Origin: a virus
Taxonomy: Duplodnaviria > Caudoviricetes
DNA: 54,605 nt
IMG/VR virus record: IMGVR_UViG_3300036770_004582
Location: 1 to 54,605 of that record
Strand: one strand, 5' to 3'
The position numbers and the translations under genes were made by a program. Below, in pieces: positions 43,128-52,904 of the stretch. The first letter of the stretch is position 1, and each line of letters opens with the position of its first letter. A model generated the notes under the pieces. It was given only the letters and a program-made list of their open reading frames with translations, was not told the DNA's origin and did no database searches.

Positions 43128-44113
43128 CGGACCAAGACAAAACGTTAGAAGTGGCCGAGGAGCGGGACGGCTCGGCTGTAGTGCAACTTCCGGAGGGTGA
43201 GAAATCCCCTCAGGGCACTCGGGAAGACTTTTCGAAGGACTCGGACGATTCGGACGACCGCGACGAGGGGTCGGAAGATAGTTCCGAGGGGGTTTCGGAC
43301 AGCGATCCGGACCGGGAAGCGATTCGAGCGGCGCGTCGGGAGGAGCGACAGCTCAAGAAGCAGCTCCAGCGCGCCCGTCAAACCGAGTCGACGCAGCTGA
43401 TAAACTCGCTGAAACGCCAGAACGAGCAGATGGCGGAGCGGCTGGCCGTCTTGGAAAAGCGGACGGCGGGTTCGGATATGGCTCGACTGGACAAGGCGAT
43501 CGAAGACGGGCATTTGAAGCTGCAGTACGCCAAAATGCAGATCAAGAAATCTACCGAGGTGGCCGACGGGACCGGTTTGGCCGAGGCGCAGGAGCAGTGG
43601 TACGAGGCTCGGCGCCAGATCGAGGCGCTCGAATCCCTCAAGAAAAAGGCAGTAAGCAATCAGGAGGCTTCCTCGGTCCCGAAAGCACCCGACCCCCGGC
43701 TCAAACGGTTAGCTTCCGACTGGATGGCCCGGAATGACTGGTACGACCCCCAGGGAAAGGATATGGACTCCCAAGTCACGGTCAAGATCGACGAGGCCCT
43801 TACGGCCGAAGGATGGGATCCGACCACCGAGGATTACTGGGAGGAGTTAGACAATAGATTGACAAAATACCTCCCGCACCGTTATAATACGCGGAATGAT
43901 GAGAAATCATCGTCTTCACCAAGGAGACCTCGCCAAGTGGTTACAGGGTCAGGAAGGGAAAGCTCAAGATCTGCCGGCGGCAACGAATTCAGGTTGTCAC
44001 CCGAGCGTGTTCGCGCCATCAAAGATGCGGGGCGATGGGAGAACATGGAAGAGCGCCAAAAGATGATCCGTAAGTACATGGAATACGACCGCATGAACAC
44101 GACGAGGGGATAA
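43124..44113 (+). CDS. Probable scaffolding protein
   Basis: Acidic N-terminus, long coiled coil and W..RN.W motif; lies between portal and capsid genes. Confidence 0.65.
   Translation: MTDQDKTLEVAEERDGSAVVQLPEGEKSPQGTREDFSKDSDDSDDRDEGSEDSSEGVSDSDPDREAIRAARREERQLKKQLQRARQTESTQLINSLKRQNEQMAERLAVLEKRTAGSDMARLDKAIEDGHLKLQYAKMQIKKSTEVADGTGLAEAQEQWYEARRQIEALESLKKKAVSNQEASSVPKAPDPRLKRLASDWMARNDWYDPQGKDMDSQVTVKIDEALTAEGWDPTTEDYWEELDNRLTKYLPHRYNTRNDEKSSSSPRRPRQVVTGSGRESSRSAGGNEFRLSPERVRAIKDAGRWENMEERQKMIRKYMEYDRMNTTRG
43859..43888 (+). promoter_or_regulatory. Consensus sigma70 promoter inside the scaffold gene
   Basis: TTGACA-N18-TATAAT. Confidence 0.65.
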
Positions 44114-44117
44114 GGAA

Positions 44118-44657
44118 ATGAAAGACGATCGAATCAAAAAAGATTTATCAGTAGGTGGCCGGGAGTCCCGCGCATCGCAGGACGTAAGTTTACGTGGTGC
44201 AGCTACTGATGATATGGCAAGCGCACAGGAGCGTCGTAGGATGTTCCGCAGTGAGTGGATTCAAGAATCCCTCCCTAAACCACCGGACATTCCGGGGTTC
44301 CATCTGTGCTGGCTTTCAACCACGAATGGGTATGACCCCATTCACAAGCGTATGCGTATGGGCTATCAGCCGGTCCGAATCGAGGAAGTGCCGGGCTTTG
44401 AGAACTACAAAGTTAAAGCCGGGGAGCACGAAGGGTTCGTAGCCTGCAATGAAATGTTACTCTATAAACTACCGGAAGACGTTTACCAGTCGATTATGGA
44501 AGAGCTTCACCACTACGCTCCTCAGGACGAGGCCGATAAAATTCGGGTTCAAGCTGAGAACCTACCGCGCGACTCCCGTGGGCGACCGCTGGGAATGGTT
44601 GAAGGCGAAGGCATTGAAGAGATGGATCGACCCAAACCCGCACCGGCCTTCACATGA
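44118..44657 (+). CDS. Conserved head-region protein
   Basis: PPDIPGFHLCWLS...GYQPV...MLLYKLP; AAGGA RBS. Confidence 0.7.
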   Translation: MKDDRIKKDLSVGGRESRASQDVSLRGAATDDMASAQERRRMFRSEWIQESLPKPPDIPGFHLCWLSTTNGYDPIHKRMRMGYQPVRIEEVPGFENYKVKAGEHEGFVACNEMLLYKLPEDVYQSIMEELHHYAPQDEADKIRVQAENLPRDSRGRPLGMVEGEGIEEMDRPKPAPAFT

Positions 44658-44699
44658 AGACGGTAGCGATCATGTACACTTTACCTAAGGAGAAAAGCT

Positions 44700-45302
44700 A
44701 TGTCTGCGACTAGCGCTCCGTTCGGTTTGCGCCCTGCGTTCCACCCTACTGGTCTGGACCGCGCTCAAGCGCTTGCTAACGGAATTCAAGCCGTTTCCAC
44801 TACCGGAAACGTTTCGGCAGGTTATGCCACCACCATTTTGAAGGGGCAACCCGTCAAGATGGACACCGCCGGTTATATTGTTGTAGCCGGTGCCAGTGAC
44901 CCCTTCCTCGGTGCCTTTGCGGGCGTTGAGTGGACGGATTCAACTGGTCGTCGTCGAGTATCCAACTATTGGCCCGCCAATGAGTCTTTCCAGACGGGTT
45001 CCGTAGTCGCTTACTACTACAGCGACCCCATGATCGTCTACGAGATCCAAACCGACGGGACACTGTCCCAACTCGCAATCGGTGATGAATTCGATTTCAG
45101 CAACGTTACCGCTGGATCGACCACCACAGGATTGTCTCAGGCGACATTAAGTATTACCCCCGCAGGTGCAGGAAATGCAGCGGTCATGCGTATCGTTGAC
45201 CTTGCTCCATATCCTGACAATGCATGGGGCGATCCTTTTGTCATTGTTCGTGCTCAAATCGCCGAATACCAGTTCGCTGGTGTTGCCGGCACAGCCGTGT
45301 AA
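44700..45302 (+). CDS. Minor capsid/decoration protein
   Basis: APFGLRP start, GAF.GVE.TD, DP..VYEIQ and GS..TG.S motifs; directly upstream of the MCP. Confidence 0.7.
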   Translation: MSATSAPFGLRPAFHPTGLDRAQALANGIQAVSTTGNVSAGYATTILKGQPVKMDTAGYIVVAGASDPFLGAFAGVEWTDSTGRRRVSNYWPANESFQTGSVVAYYYSDPMIVYEIQTDGTLSQLAIGDEFDFSNVTAGSTTTGLSQATLSITPAGAGNAAVMRIVDLAPYPDNAWGDPFVIVRAQIAEYQFAGVAGTAV

Positions 45303-45316
45303 GGAGGGCATAAAAA

Positions 45317-46231
45317 ATGGCAGCCCCGATGCGCAGTACCGACTTTAGAAGTATTGTTGAACCAATCCTCAACGAATGCTTCGACGGAGTCTATGATCAA
45401 CGTAAAGACGAATGGTCCCGAGTGTTCCGTGAGGAGCAAGGGATCCCCCGCAACTACCACGAAGAGCCAGTGCTTTACGGCTTTGGCGCCGCACCTCAAC
45501 TGCCCGACGGAACCCCTGTTTCGTACCAGCAGGGTGGTGTACTCTTCCTCAAGCGCTACGTCTACAATGTGTATGGCCTCGCCTTCGCATTGACCAAAGT
45601 GCTTGTTGAGGACGGCGACCACATCCGTATTGGTCAGGTTTATGCGAAGCACCTCGCCCAGTCTCTGATCGAGACCAAGGAAACGCTAGCGGCTAACGTT
45701 TTGAACCGTGCGTTTAACTCGTCCTACCCCGGCGGTGATGGTGTCCAGCTGAACTCGGCTTCTCACCCCATCGTGAATGGTACCTTCAGCAACCTGTTGA
45801 CCACCCCCGCAAACCTGTCCCAGACCTCGCTTGAGCAAATGCTCATTCAGATCCGACAGGCCGTGGACAACAACCAGAAGAAGATTCGCTTGGTTCCCCG
45901 ACAGCTCGTCGTGGCCCCCGGCAACGTCTTCCAGGCAGAAGTGTTGCTCAAGTCCGTTCTCCGTGCTGGTAACGCCAACAACGACATCAACCCGATCAAG
46001 TCAATCGGCTTGCTCGACGAGGGTGCCGCTGTTCTTTCCCGTCTTACCTCCGCCAACGCTTGGTGGGTGCAGACCGACGCTCCTGAGGGCATGAAGCTCA
46101 TGATGCGCCGTGGTCTGGAGAAGACGATGGAAGGCGATTTCGAAACTGACTCGATGCGCTACAAGGCCACCGAGCGTTACGATCTCGGCTTTACCGACCC
46201 CCGTGCCATATACGGCACACCCGGCGTTTAA
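45317..46231 (+). CDS. Major capsid protein (HK97 fold, Mu gpT-like)
   Basis: ETKE..AANVLNRAF, GGDGV.L....HP and EGDFET...RYKA.ERY..G.TDPR motifs. Confidence 0.9.
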   Translation: MAAPMRSTDFRSIVEPILNECFDGVYDQRKDEWSRVFREEQGIPRNYHEEPVLYGFGAAPQLPDGTPVSYQQGGVLFLKRYVYNVYGLAFALTKVLVEDGDHIRIGQVYAKHLAQSLIETKETLAANVLNRAFNSSYPGGDGVQLNSASHPIVNGTFSNLLTTPANLSQTSLEQMLIQIRQAVDNNQKKIRLVPRQLVVAPGNVFQAEVLLKSVLRAGNANNDINPIKSIGLLDEGAAVLSRLTSANAWWVQTDAPEGMKLMMRRGLEKTMEGDFETDSMRYKATERYDLGFTDPRAIYGTPGV

Positions 46232-46243
46232 AGGAGAACGACC

Positions 46244-47275
46244 ATGTCCCTGACTAACTTCCCCAACGGGATTACTAGCTTCGGGGTGCCGGTTCTTGGA
46301 ACTATCGGCGGCTTGCCGTTCACGGGTAATTACTACTTTGTAGATCCCGTGAATGGTGCCGACGGTAATGAGGGCAGCGTTGAGCTGCCCCTCAAGACCC
46401 TTTATGGCGCTCTCGCAAAATGCACGGCAGGCAACAACGACGTCGTGGTTCTTATTGGCAATGGTGCAGCCTCTGGCTCCGCCCGTCTTTCGACGGCGCT
46501 GGCGCAGGGGATCGATTCTACAGCCACCACGGGTACACTGAACTGGAATAAAGACGCTACGCACTTGATCGGCGTCTGTGCTCCCACTGCAGTGGCCCAG
46601 CGTGCTCGTATTGCTCCTCCCTCGGGTACCTACACCGCCGCGACCTTCAACGCAACCGCGTTTGTAAATGTGACCGCCTCGGGTTGTTACTTTGCGAACT
46701 TCTCGGTCTTCTGTGGATTCTCCACGGGCAACGCCGCGATGATCGCTTGGACCGACTCGGGTTCGCGTAACGCTTACTCGAACGTTAACCTTTACGGTAT
46801 GGCCGATGCTGCCTCTGCAGGCGGTGCCAACGCTCGTACCTTGAAGCTCGACGGTGGTGGTGAGCACTCGTTCATTAACTGCACGTTGGGTGGTGATACG
46901 GTTACCCGTAGTGCGGCGAACGCGACGGTTGAGCTTGCTGGTGGCACGACTCGTAACTCCTTTGTTGATTGCATCTTTCCGTTTCAAACGGACGACGCAA
47001 CGGTTCTGGGTGTTGTGGCTTCGGCCGCTTCCGCGATAGATCGTTGGACGCTCTTTAAAGGGTGTACCTTCATCAATAACGTTGAATCGACCTCCACTAC
47101 GATGTCTGCTCTTGCCACGCTCGCGGCTTCAGCCGGCGGCATGCTGATGTTCCAAAAGTCAACCACGGTCGGGATCACCGAGTTCGGCAGCGATGCGAAC
47201 TCTTTGGGCCAGATCTACGTTGACATGGAGGCCCCATCTGCTTCTGCCGGCGGTATCGCGGTTAACCCGTCCTAA
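46244..47275 (+). CDS. Virion protein with probable beta-helix (head spike/decoration)
   Basis: LTNFPNGITSFG N-terminus, YFVD..NG.DGN.G....P.KT motif and repeated F.NC.F strands. Confidence 0.65.
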   Translation: MSLTNFPNGITSFGVPVLGTIGGLPFTGNYYFVDPVNGADGNEGSVELPLKTLYGALAKCTAGNNDVVVLIGNGAASGSARLSTALAQGIDSTATTGTLNWNKDATHLIGVCAPTAVAQRARIAPPSGTYTAATFNATAFVNVTASGCYFANFSVFCGFSTGNAAMIAWTDSGSRNAYSNVNLYGMADAASAGGANARTLKLDGGGEHSFINCTLGGDTVTRSAANATVELAGGTTRNSFVDCIFPFQTDDATVLGVVASAASAIDRWTLFKGCTFINNVESTSTTMSALATLAASAGGMLMFQKSTTVGITEFGSDANSLGQIYVDMEAPSASAGGIAVNPS

Positions 47276-47290
47276 TAGGAGGTCATCACC

Positions 47291-48103
47291 ATGCCCGGAT
47301 TCAAACCGATGGTAAAGATGATGACCACCGAACCCTCAGTCGAACTGAAGCTGAAGAAGGGTGGCTCTGCCTCCCATAAGCGGCTGATGAAAGAGGGTTC
47401 GGGCGATGGGTTCAAGCCAATGAAGAAGCAGACGGGTGGTGCTATAGACGCCATGGCCCGGGAACCTATGCCGACGACCCCTATGGGGAACCCGGCTGCA
47501 GCCCGTGCTATGGCTACTCGCCGTATGGCGAAGAAGCCCACTCCGATGCCTCGTGGCACCCCTTCGATAGGTCGTCCTAAGGCACCCCCGATGATGCCCC
47601 CAATGGCCGCCGCTCCCCGCCCCGCTGGCGCTGGAATGGCTACCCCGATGATGAAGAAGGGTGGGAGCACGGCGAAGAAGCTAGAGAAGCACGCTTCGAT
47701 GCCCGCCTCCAAGGCGCACAAGGGTCTCAAGACTGGTGGTATCGCGAAGTCTCCTAAGCCCGCGCAGTACAAGACCGGTGGTGTAGTCGATGGTCAGGGT
47801 GGTTACAAGGCAGGTGGTATCATCAAGACCACCGCCAAAAAGACCACCAAGATGAACACGGCGCACGTGGACCACAATTCCGCGCCTACCGGTGACGTAA
47901 AACTTGGAAATGCTGGCGGCTACAAAGTAGGTGGCTCTGCAAAAAAGCATTTCGCTACGGGGGGAGTTGTTGACTCTGGCCATCCCGTAGCTATGCCTCA
48001 GGGTCATAAGCCTCCGTCAACGCCGGTGTCGATTAATCGACTCTCGGGAACGTTCAAGACGGGCGGCGGTGTAAAGTCGAAGAGAGCCAAAAGCTCTTGT
48101 TAA
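47291..48103 (+). CDS. Basic low-complexity protein with nine xKxGG-type motifs
   Basis: Lys/Gly/Met/Pro-rich; AGGAGG RBS; followed by a terminator. Confidence 0.75.
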   Translation: MPGFKPMVKMMTTEPSVELKLKKGGSASHKRLMKEGSGDGFKPMKKQTGGAIDAMAREPMPTTPMGNPAAARAMATRRMAKKPTPMPRGTPSIGRPKAPPMMPPMAAAPRPAGAGMATPMMKKGGSTAKKLEKHASMPASKAHKGLKTGGIAKSPKPAQYKTGGVVDGQGGYKAGGIIKTTAKKTTKMNTAHVDHNSAPTGDVKLGNAGGYKVGGSAKKHFATGGVVDSGHPVAMPQGHKPPSTPVSINRLSGTFKTGGGVKSKRAKSSC

Positions 48104-48108
48104 TCCGG

Positions 48109-48135
48109 ATGGGGGCCTCGTGCCCCCATTCTTTT
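48109..48135 (+). terminator. Intrinsic terminator after capsid block
   Basis: ATGGGGGC-ctcgt-GCCCCCAT followed by TCTTTT. Confidence 0.75.
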
Positions 48136-48145
48136 GGAGAATTAT

Positions 48146-48937
48146 ATGGCGACCACGATTTCTTCGATCACACGGCAGGGTGCCTTCGAGCCGTTTGGTC
48201 TTCAAGTAGCGCGAAATCAGATTCAAGGGCATGAAGGCATTATTGTTTTCGGCTACAACCCTGATGTAGATACATCGGAAGAGTCCGTTTGGCCCGACGG
48301 CGGCGAGGTTCCTCATCCTACGGTGGCGTCGGTGCTTAAGATCAGCTCCAGTAGCACAGATGACGACGGCGATCCCGTTGGCACAGGCGCACGAACCGTA
48401 TTTATTGAGGGCCTAGACGGCGACTACAACGTGGTCAGCGAGACGGTGATACTCAACGGGCAAAACGCCGTTAATACCGATAATTCGTACCTCTACGTCA
48501 ACCAGTTCTACGTCCTAACGGTAGGCTCGGGTGGCAAGAATGCAGGGATCATTTACGCCGGTACCGGTGATGTCACTACTGGCGTTCCCGCCGTGATTTA
48601 CGACCTTATTGCGGCAGGCTACAACAACCGCACAACGGGTCACTATTGCGTGCCCGCTGGGTACACGGGCTACATGGTTGAGGGCCTGTTTTCTGCTGGT
48701 CAGGCGAGCGGATCTACGGCTGTCACCGGGTTCTTAAAACAACATGGCCCCGACAACATTCTGCGTGTTGGAGCGGTATCAACGGTAAACAATAACGCCG
48801 CTGTGTTTATGTTCGACCCACCCTACGTGATCCCCGAGAAGAATTGTGTAGGTGCAAGCGCGATTGGGAGTGCCAACAACAACGCGGTGTCGTCTTACTT
48901 CAATATCATTCTGATCAAGAACGACGGGGAGGCATAA
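48146..48937 (+). CDS. Virion structural protein
   Basis: Start refined to ATG 48146 (GGAG RBS); FGYNPDV and SSS..D...GTGAR.V.I.GLD motifs. Confidence 0.65.
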   Translation: MATTISSITRQGAFEPFGLQVARNQIQGHEGIIVFGYNPDVDTSEESVWPDGGEVPHPTVASVLKISSSSTDDDGDPVGTGARTVFIEGLDGDYNVVSETVILNGQNAVNTDNSYLYVNQFYVLTVGSGGKNAGIIYAGTGDVTTGVPAVIYDLIAAGYNNRTTGHYCVPAGYTGYMVEGLFSAGQASGSTAVTGFLKQHGPDNILRVGAVSTVNNNAAVFMFDPPYVIPEKNCVGASAIGSANNNAVSSYFNIILIKNDGEA

Positions 48938-49488
48938 TGCCGGCGAAGAGTCAGGCGCAATTCCGCTTGATGAAGGCGGTAGAACACTCACCGAAATTCG
49001 CTAAGAAGGTCGGGATCAAGCCGTCGGTAGGGAAAGAGTATACTACCGGTAATACAGGCAAAAAAGCTTATGCCAAACTCCCGGTGAAGGCAAAATCAGG
49101 GGGGCTGTACGAGAACATTAACGCGAAACGGGAACGGATTGAAGCGGGGTCGAAAGAAAAGATGCGGAAACCCGGCGCCCCCGGGGCACCTACGGACCTC
49201 GCGTTCAAGCAGTCAGTCAAGACCGCAAAGAAAATGGCCAAGGGCGGCACGTCTCTGGCTCTGGGCCGAGGCGAGAAGCTGCCGGTGTCGAAGGGGGCGG
49301 GGTTGACAGAGAAGGGTCGAGCAAAGTATAATCGTGAGACAGGCAGTAACCTTAAACCACCTCAACCCGAAGGCGGTCCGCGAAAAAGATCGTTCTGCGC
49401 AAGAATGAGTGGCATGCCCGGTCCGATGAAGGATGAGAAGGGACGTCCGACCCGCAAGGCGGCGTCACTCGCAAGATGGAAATGTTAA
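48937..49488 (+). CDS. Basic modular protein with C-terminal DUF6321-like domain
   Basis: Start ATG 48937 (GGAGG RBS, TAATG); GLTEKGR..YNR.TGSNLK.P...RKRSFCARM.G...RWKC. Confidence 0.7.
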   Translation: MPAKSQAQFRLMKAVEHSPKFAKKVGIKPSVGKEYTTGNTGKKAYAKLPVKAKSGGLYENINAKRERIEAGSKEKMRKPGAPGAPTDLAFKQSVKTAKKMAKGGTSLALGRGEKLPVSKGAGLTEKGRAKYNRETGSNLKPPQPEGGPRKRSFCARMSGMPGPMKDEKGRPTRKAASLARWKC

Positions 49489-50562
49489 ATGGCCACATCG
49501 GGTACGGTAGGACAGACGGTAATAAATGTTCAGACGCTGATTGACCATGGCGCGCGTCGCTGTGGAAAGTTAGCCGAGGAACTAACCTCCGAACAATTAA
49601 TTTCGGCAAAGCAGAGCCTTTACTACGTCCTCTCGAACCTAATTAACAAGGGCATCCAGTACTGGGCGATTAGCAAGACCGTCATTGGCCTGTCCGCCGA
49701 TAAATACATCTACACGCTTCCCGTCGGGTCGGTCGACGCGCTGAACGTCCTTTATCGCACCCTCAACCGCCCGACCGGCACCTATTCCACTTCGGCTGGT
49801 GGTACGGTCGAGAACGCCTTCGATAACGACATCGACACGGCTTGCATCCAGACCTCGGCCAACGGTAACATCGGCGTGTTCTACGGCACCGGGAACCCCG
49901 TCTACGTGGGCTCCGTGGGTATCCTTCCTTATGTAGCCGGCGGCGGTAGCGCCTCCTGGACGTTGGCGTTACAGTATTCGACCGACAACAGCAACTGGAA
50001 CACGCTCTACGATATCGGCACCGTAACGGTTACCGACAACCAGTGGTTGTGGTACGACATCGACCCGGGGCAGGACGTGGTCGCGTACCGGTTGGTCGCT
50101 TCCGGGGGCACGACGTTGGCGCTACGGGAGCTGTATTTTGGAAATAACTCGCGCGAAATCCAAATGGCGCGGCTCAACCGGGACGACTACACGAACCTGC
50201 CCAATAAGAACTTCACGGCAAACCAGCCGTACCAGTTTTGGTTTAACCGCACGATCCCGCAGCCCGAGATCTACCTTTGGCCAGTACCGTCTGACCCTTT
50301 CGTCCAGATGACCGTCTGGTACTCGCGGCAGATTCAGGACGTGGGGGACCTTACCGATGAGTTGGAGATCCCGCAGCGCTGGTACTTGGCCGTCCAGAAC
50401 ATGCTTGCACACCAAATGTCTATGGAACTGCCGGCGGTAGCCGTGGACCGGATTCGGTACTTGGAGGAACAGGCCGGCAAGACGCTCTACGAGGTGGAGC
50501 AGGAGGAGCGCGACAAGTCCCCGATCTACTGGGCGCCTAACATTTCGGTGTACACCCGCTGA
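49489..50562 (+). CDS. Neck/adaptor protein with inserted discoidin-like domain
   Basis: MATSGT start, Y..LPNK, YLWPVP and AxxEERD-type motifs of this adaptor family. Confidence 0.7.
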   Translation: MATSGTVGQTVINVQTLIDHGARRCGKLAEELTSEQLISAKQSLYYVLSNLINKGIQYWAISKTVIGLSADKYIYTLPVGSVDALNVLYRTLNRPTGTYSTSAGGTVENAFDNDIDTACIQTSANGNIGVFYGTGNPVYVGSVGILPYVAGGGSASWTLALQYSTDNSNWNTLYDIGTVTVTDNQWLWYDIDPGQDVVAYRLVASGGTTLALRELYFGNNSREIQMARLNRDDYTNLPNKNFTANQPYQFWFNRTIPQPEIYLWPVPSDPFVQMTVWYSRQIQDVGDLTDELEIPQRWYLAVQNMLAHQMSMELPAVAVDRIRYLEEQAGKTLYEVEQEERDKSPIYWAPNISVYTR

Positions 50563-50897
50563 TGCCTATTTTTCTCGATACTCGCGGCTACTCTTCCATC
50601 GCCATTGCCGTCTGCGACCGGTGCAAGATGAAGCGACCCTATTCGGTGATGCGCAACGACCCGAACTTCCCCGGCCTGCGCGTCTGCGACCAAGGGTGCG
50701 CAGACCAGAAAGACCCGTACCGGTTACCCGCCCGCAAGACCGAACGGATCGCGCTGCGGTTTCCGCGCCCGGACCTTTCTATCGCTGTCGATGACAATAA
50801 TCTTATCACCACCGGGTACGCGGGCTACGTGGTATCTACTCAACAGAATACCAGCAACCCGAGTAACAACGGGAACCTGGACGGTATCGAGGTTTAA
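50562..50897 (+). CDS. Conserved Cys-motif neck-region protein
   Basis: AIAVCDRC...GLRVC..C.D..DP...PRPD. Confidence 0.7.
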   Translation: MPIFLDTRGYSSIAIAVCDRCKMKRPYSVMRNDPNFPGLRVCDQGCADQKDPYRLPARKTERIALRFPRPDLSIAVDDNNLITTGYAGYVVSTQQNTSNPSNNGNLDGIEV

Positions 50898-52904
50898 ATG
50901 GCAAACGTAACGATTACCCAACTACCGCAAGCAGGCGCAATTACCGGTCAGGAACTGGTCCCTGTTGTTCAGAACGGGCAGACTGTTCAGACGACAACGG
51001 CGGCCATCTCGGCGTCGCCCTCGCAGACTCAGACTTTTATCACGGTCAATCAGGAAACGACGCTGCCGAACTCCCGCTCCCTCTCCGGTTCGACTGGTGT
51101 CGGGCTGGTAGATGGCGGCGCTCAAAGTAACATCGAAATCACGCTAAACGGCGTCTCAGGCAGTCTTGAGTCCTCTAATGTAGGGTTGATCGCCAAGACG
51201 GGTGGTAGCGTCACAGGCAGGCAAATAGTGGCCGGCACGGCGGGTGTGCAGATCACCAACGGCAACGGCGTAGCAGGCAACCCCTCCATTGAGCTTATTG
51301 GCACCGTCGGATCTCTTGCCGGGTTAAGCGGCGTTGGAATTCTCGGCTTAAACGGCACGAATCTGACTGGCCTCGCTATCTTAGGCACCGCAAGCCAGAT
51401 CAATGTGGCGAACGGCACCGGACCAAGCGATCCGACCATTTCGATCGCCGACAACCCCACGCTACCCGGCACGGGCGCGGTTCTCATGCCCGGTGGTACA
51501 ACGGCTGAGCGACCTGGAGGCACGGCAGGGCAGGTGCGCTTCAACTCCGATTCAGGCTTTATGGAGTATTACACCGGGTCAATGTGGGCAAACCTTTCTG
51601 CAGGTGCTTCAATTGCCAACAACATTGGCGGCGGACTTGCTAACGAGATCCTCGTTCAAAGCGGACCAAGCTCAACGTCCTTTATTGCCGCGCCAACAGT
51701 TGCCAATACCTTCCTCGAGTGGGATGGCGCAACCTTTACATGGTCAGCCAATCCTCTAGGAACCGTGACATCGGTGGACGTTTCAGGTGGAACGACAGGA
51801 TTGACCTATTCCGGTGGTCCTATCACGTCCTCTGGCACGATTACGATGGCAGGCACCTTGATCACCTCAAACGGTGGCACCGGGCTGACAACTTACACGG
51901 CAGGCGACATTACCTATTACGCCTCCGGAACCGCCCTATCGAAGCTCGGAATCGGCTCCTCGACCTTTATTTTGACGTCCTCAGGAACGGCCCCTCAGTG
52001 GACGGATCCGGCCTCGATCTCGGTCAACACCGCAACGAACGTCGCAGGCGGTACGGCAAATCAGATCGTCTTCAATACCGCCGCAGGCACGACGTCGTTT
52101 GTTGCGGCACCAACCGTGGCAAACACCTATTTGGAGTGGTCAGGAAGCGCCTTTCAATGGTCTGCAAACCCGCTCGGTACGGTGACCTCAGTCGATGTTT
52201 CGGGAGGCACTACAGGGCTTACAACGAGTGGTGGACCGATCACGTCTTCGGGGACGATCACGCTGGCTGGGACCCTCGCAGTTGCGAACGGCGGTACGGG
52301 ACAGACCTCTTATACAGATGGTGAGTTGCTCATTGGAAATACCACCGGCAACACCCTGGCGAAAGCCACGCTCACCGCAGGCACCGGGATCTCGGTCACT
52401 AACGGATCGGGGTCAATTACGATTGCTTCAACGGTAACTGGCACCGTAACTTCAGTTGACGTCTCTGGTGGGACCACGGGCCTCACGACCTCAGGCGGTC
52501 CAGTAACGTCCAGCGGAACAATTACGTTAGCCGGGACGTTAATTACATCCAACGGCGGTACGGGATTAACGACCTACACCGCCGGTGACTTGGTGTATTA
52601 CGCAACCGGCACGGCACTAAGCAAGCTAGGAATTGGCTCAAACACCTACATTCTGACCTCAAGTGGAACTGCTCCTCAGTGGTCGGACCCTACAAATGTG
52701 ACGGTAGGAAACGCCACGAATGCCGATAACGTTGCAGTGGCCGCTACATCAACGAATGCAACCTACTACCCGACATTTGTAGACGCAACGACTGGCGACA
52801 ATGCAATTGAGGTGGATACCGATTTAACTTACAACCCATCGACCAACACCCTGACGGTGCCCACTCTCGTGGCGACCACAGGCATTTCAGGAGGTACCTT
52901 CTAA
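50898..52904 (+). CDS. Tail fibre protein with internal repeats
   Basis: ITQLP.A N-terminus, P.GTTAERP...G..RFN motif and three GTVTSVDVSGGTTGLT units. Confidence 0.8.
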   Translation: MANVTITQLPQAGAITGQELVPVVQNGQTVQTTTAAISASPSQTQTFITVNQETTLPNSRSLSGSTGVGLVDGGAQSNIEITLNGVSGSLESSNVGLIAKTGGSVTGRQIVAGTAGVQITNGNGVAGNPSIELIGTVGSLAGLSGVGILGLNGTNLTGLAILGTASQINVANGTGPSDPTISIADNPTLPGTGAVLMPGGTTAERPGGTAGQVRFNSDSGFMEYYTGSMWANLSAGASIANNIGGGLANEILVQSGPSSTSFIAAPTVANTFLEWDGATFTWSANPLGTVTSVDVSGGTTGLTYSGGPITSSGTITMAGTLITSNGGTGLTTYTAGDITYYASGTALSKLGIGSSTFILTSSGTAPQWTDPASISVNTATNVAGGTANQIVFNTAAGTTSFVAAPTVANTYLEWSGSAFQWSANPLGTVTSVDVSGGTTGLTTSGGPITSSGTITLAGTLAVANGGTGQTSYTDGELLIGNTTGNTLAKATLTAGTGISVTNGSGSITIASTVTGTVTSVDVSGGTTGLTTSGGPVTSSGTITLAGTLITSNGGTGLTTYTAGDLVYYATGTALSKLGIGSNTYILTSSGTAPQWSDPTNVTVGNATNADNVAVAATSTNATYYPTFVDATTGDNAIEVDTDLTYNPSTNTLTVPTLVATTGISGGTF

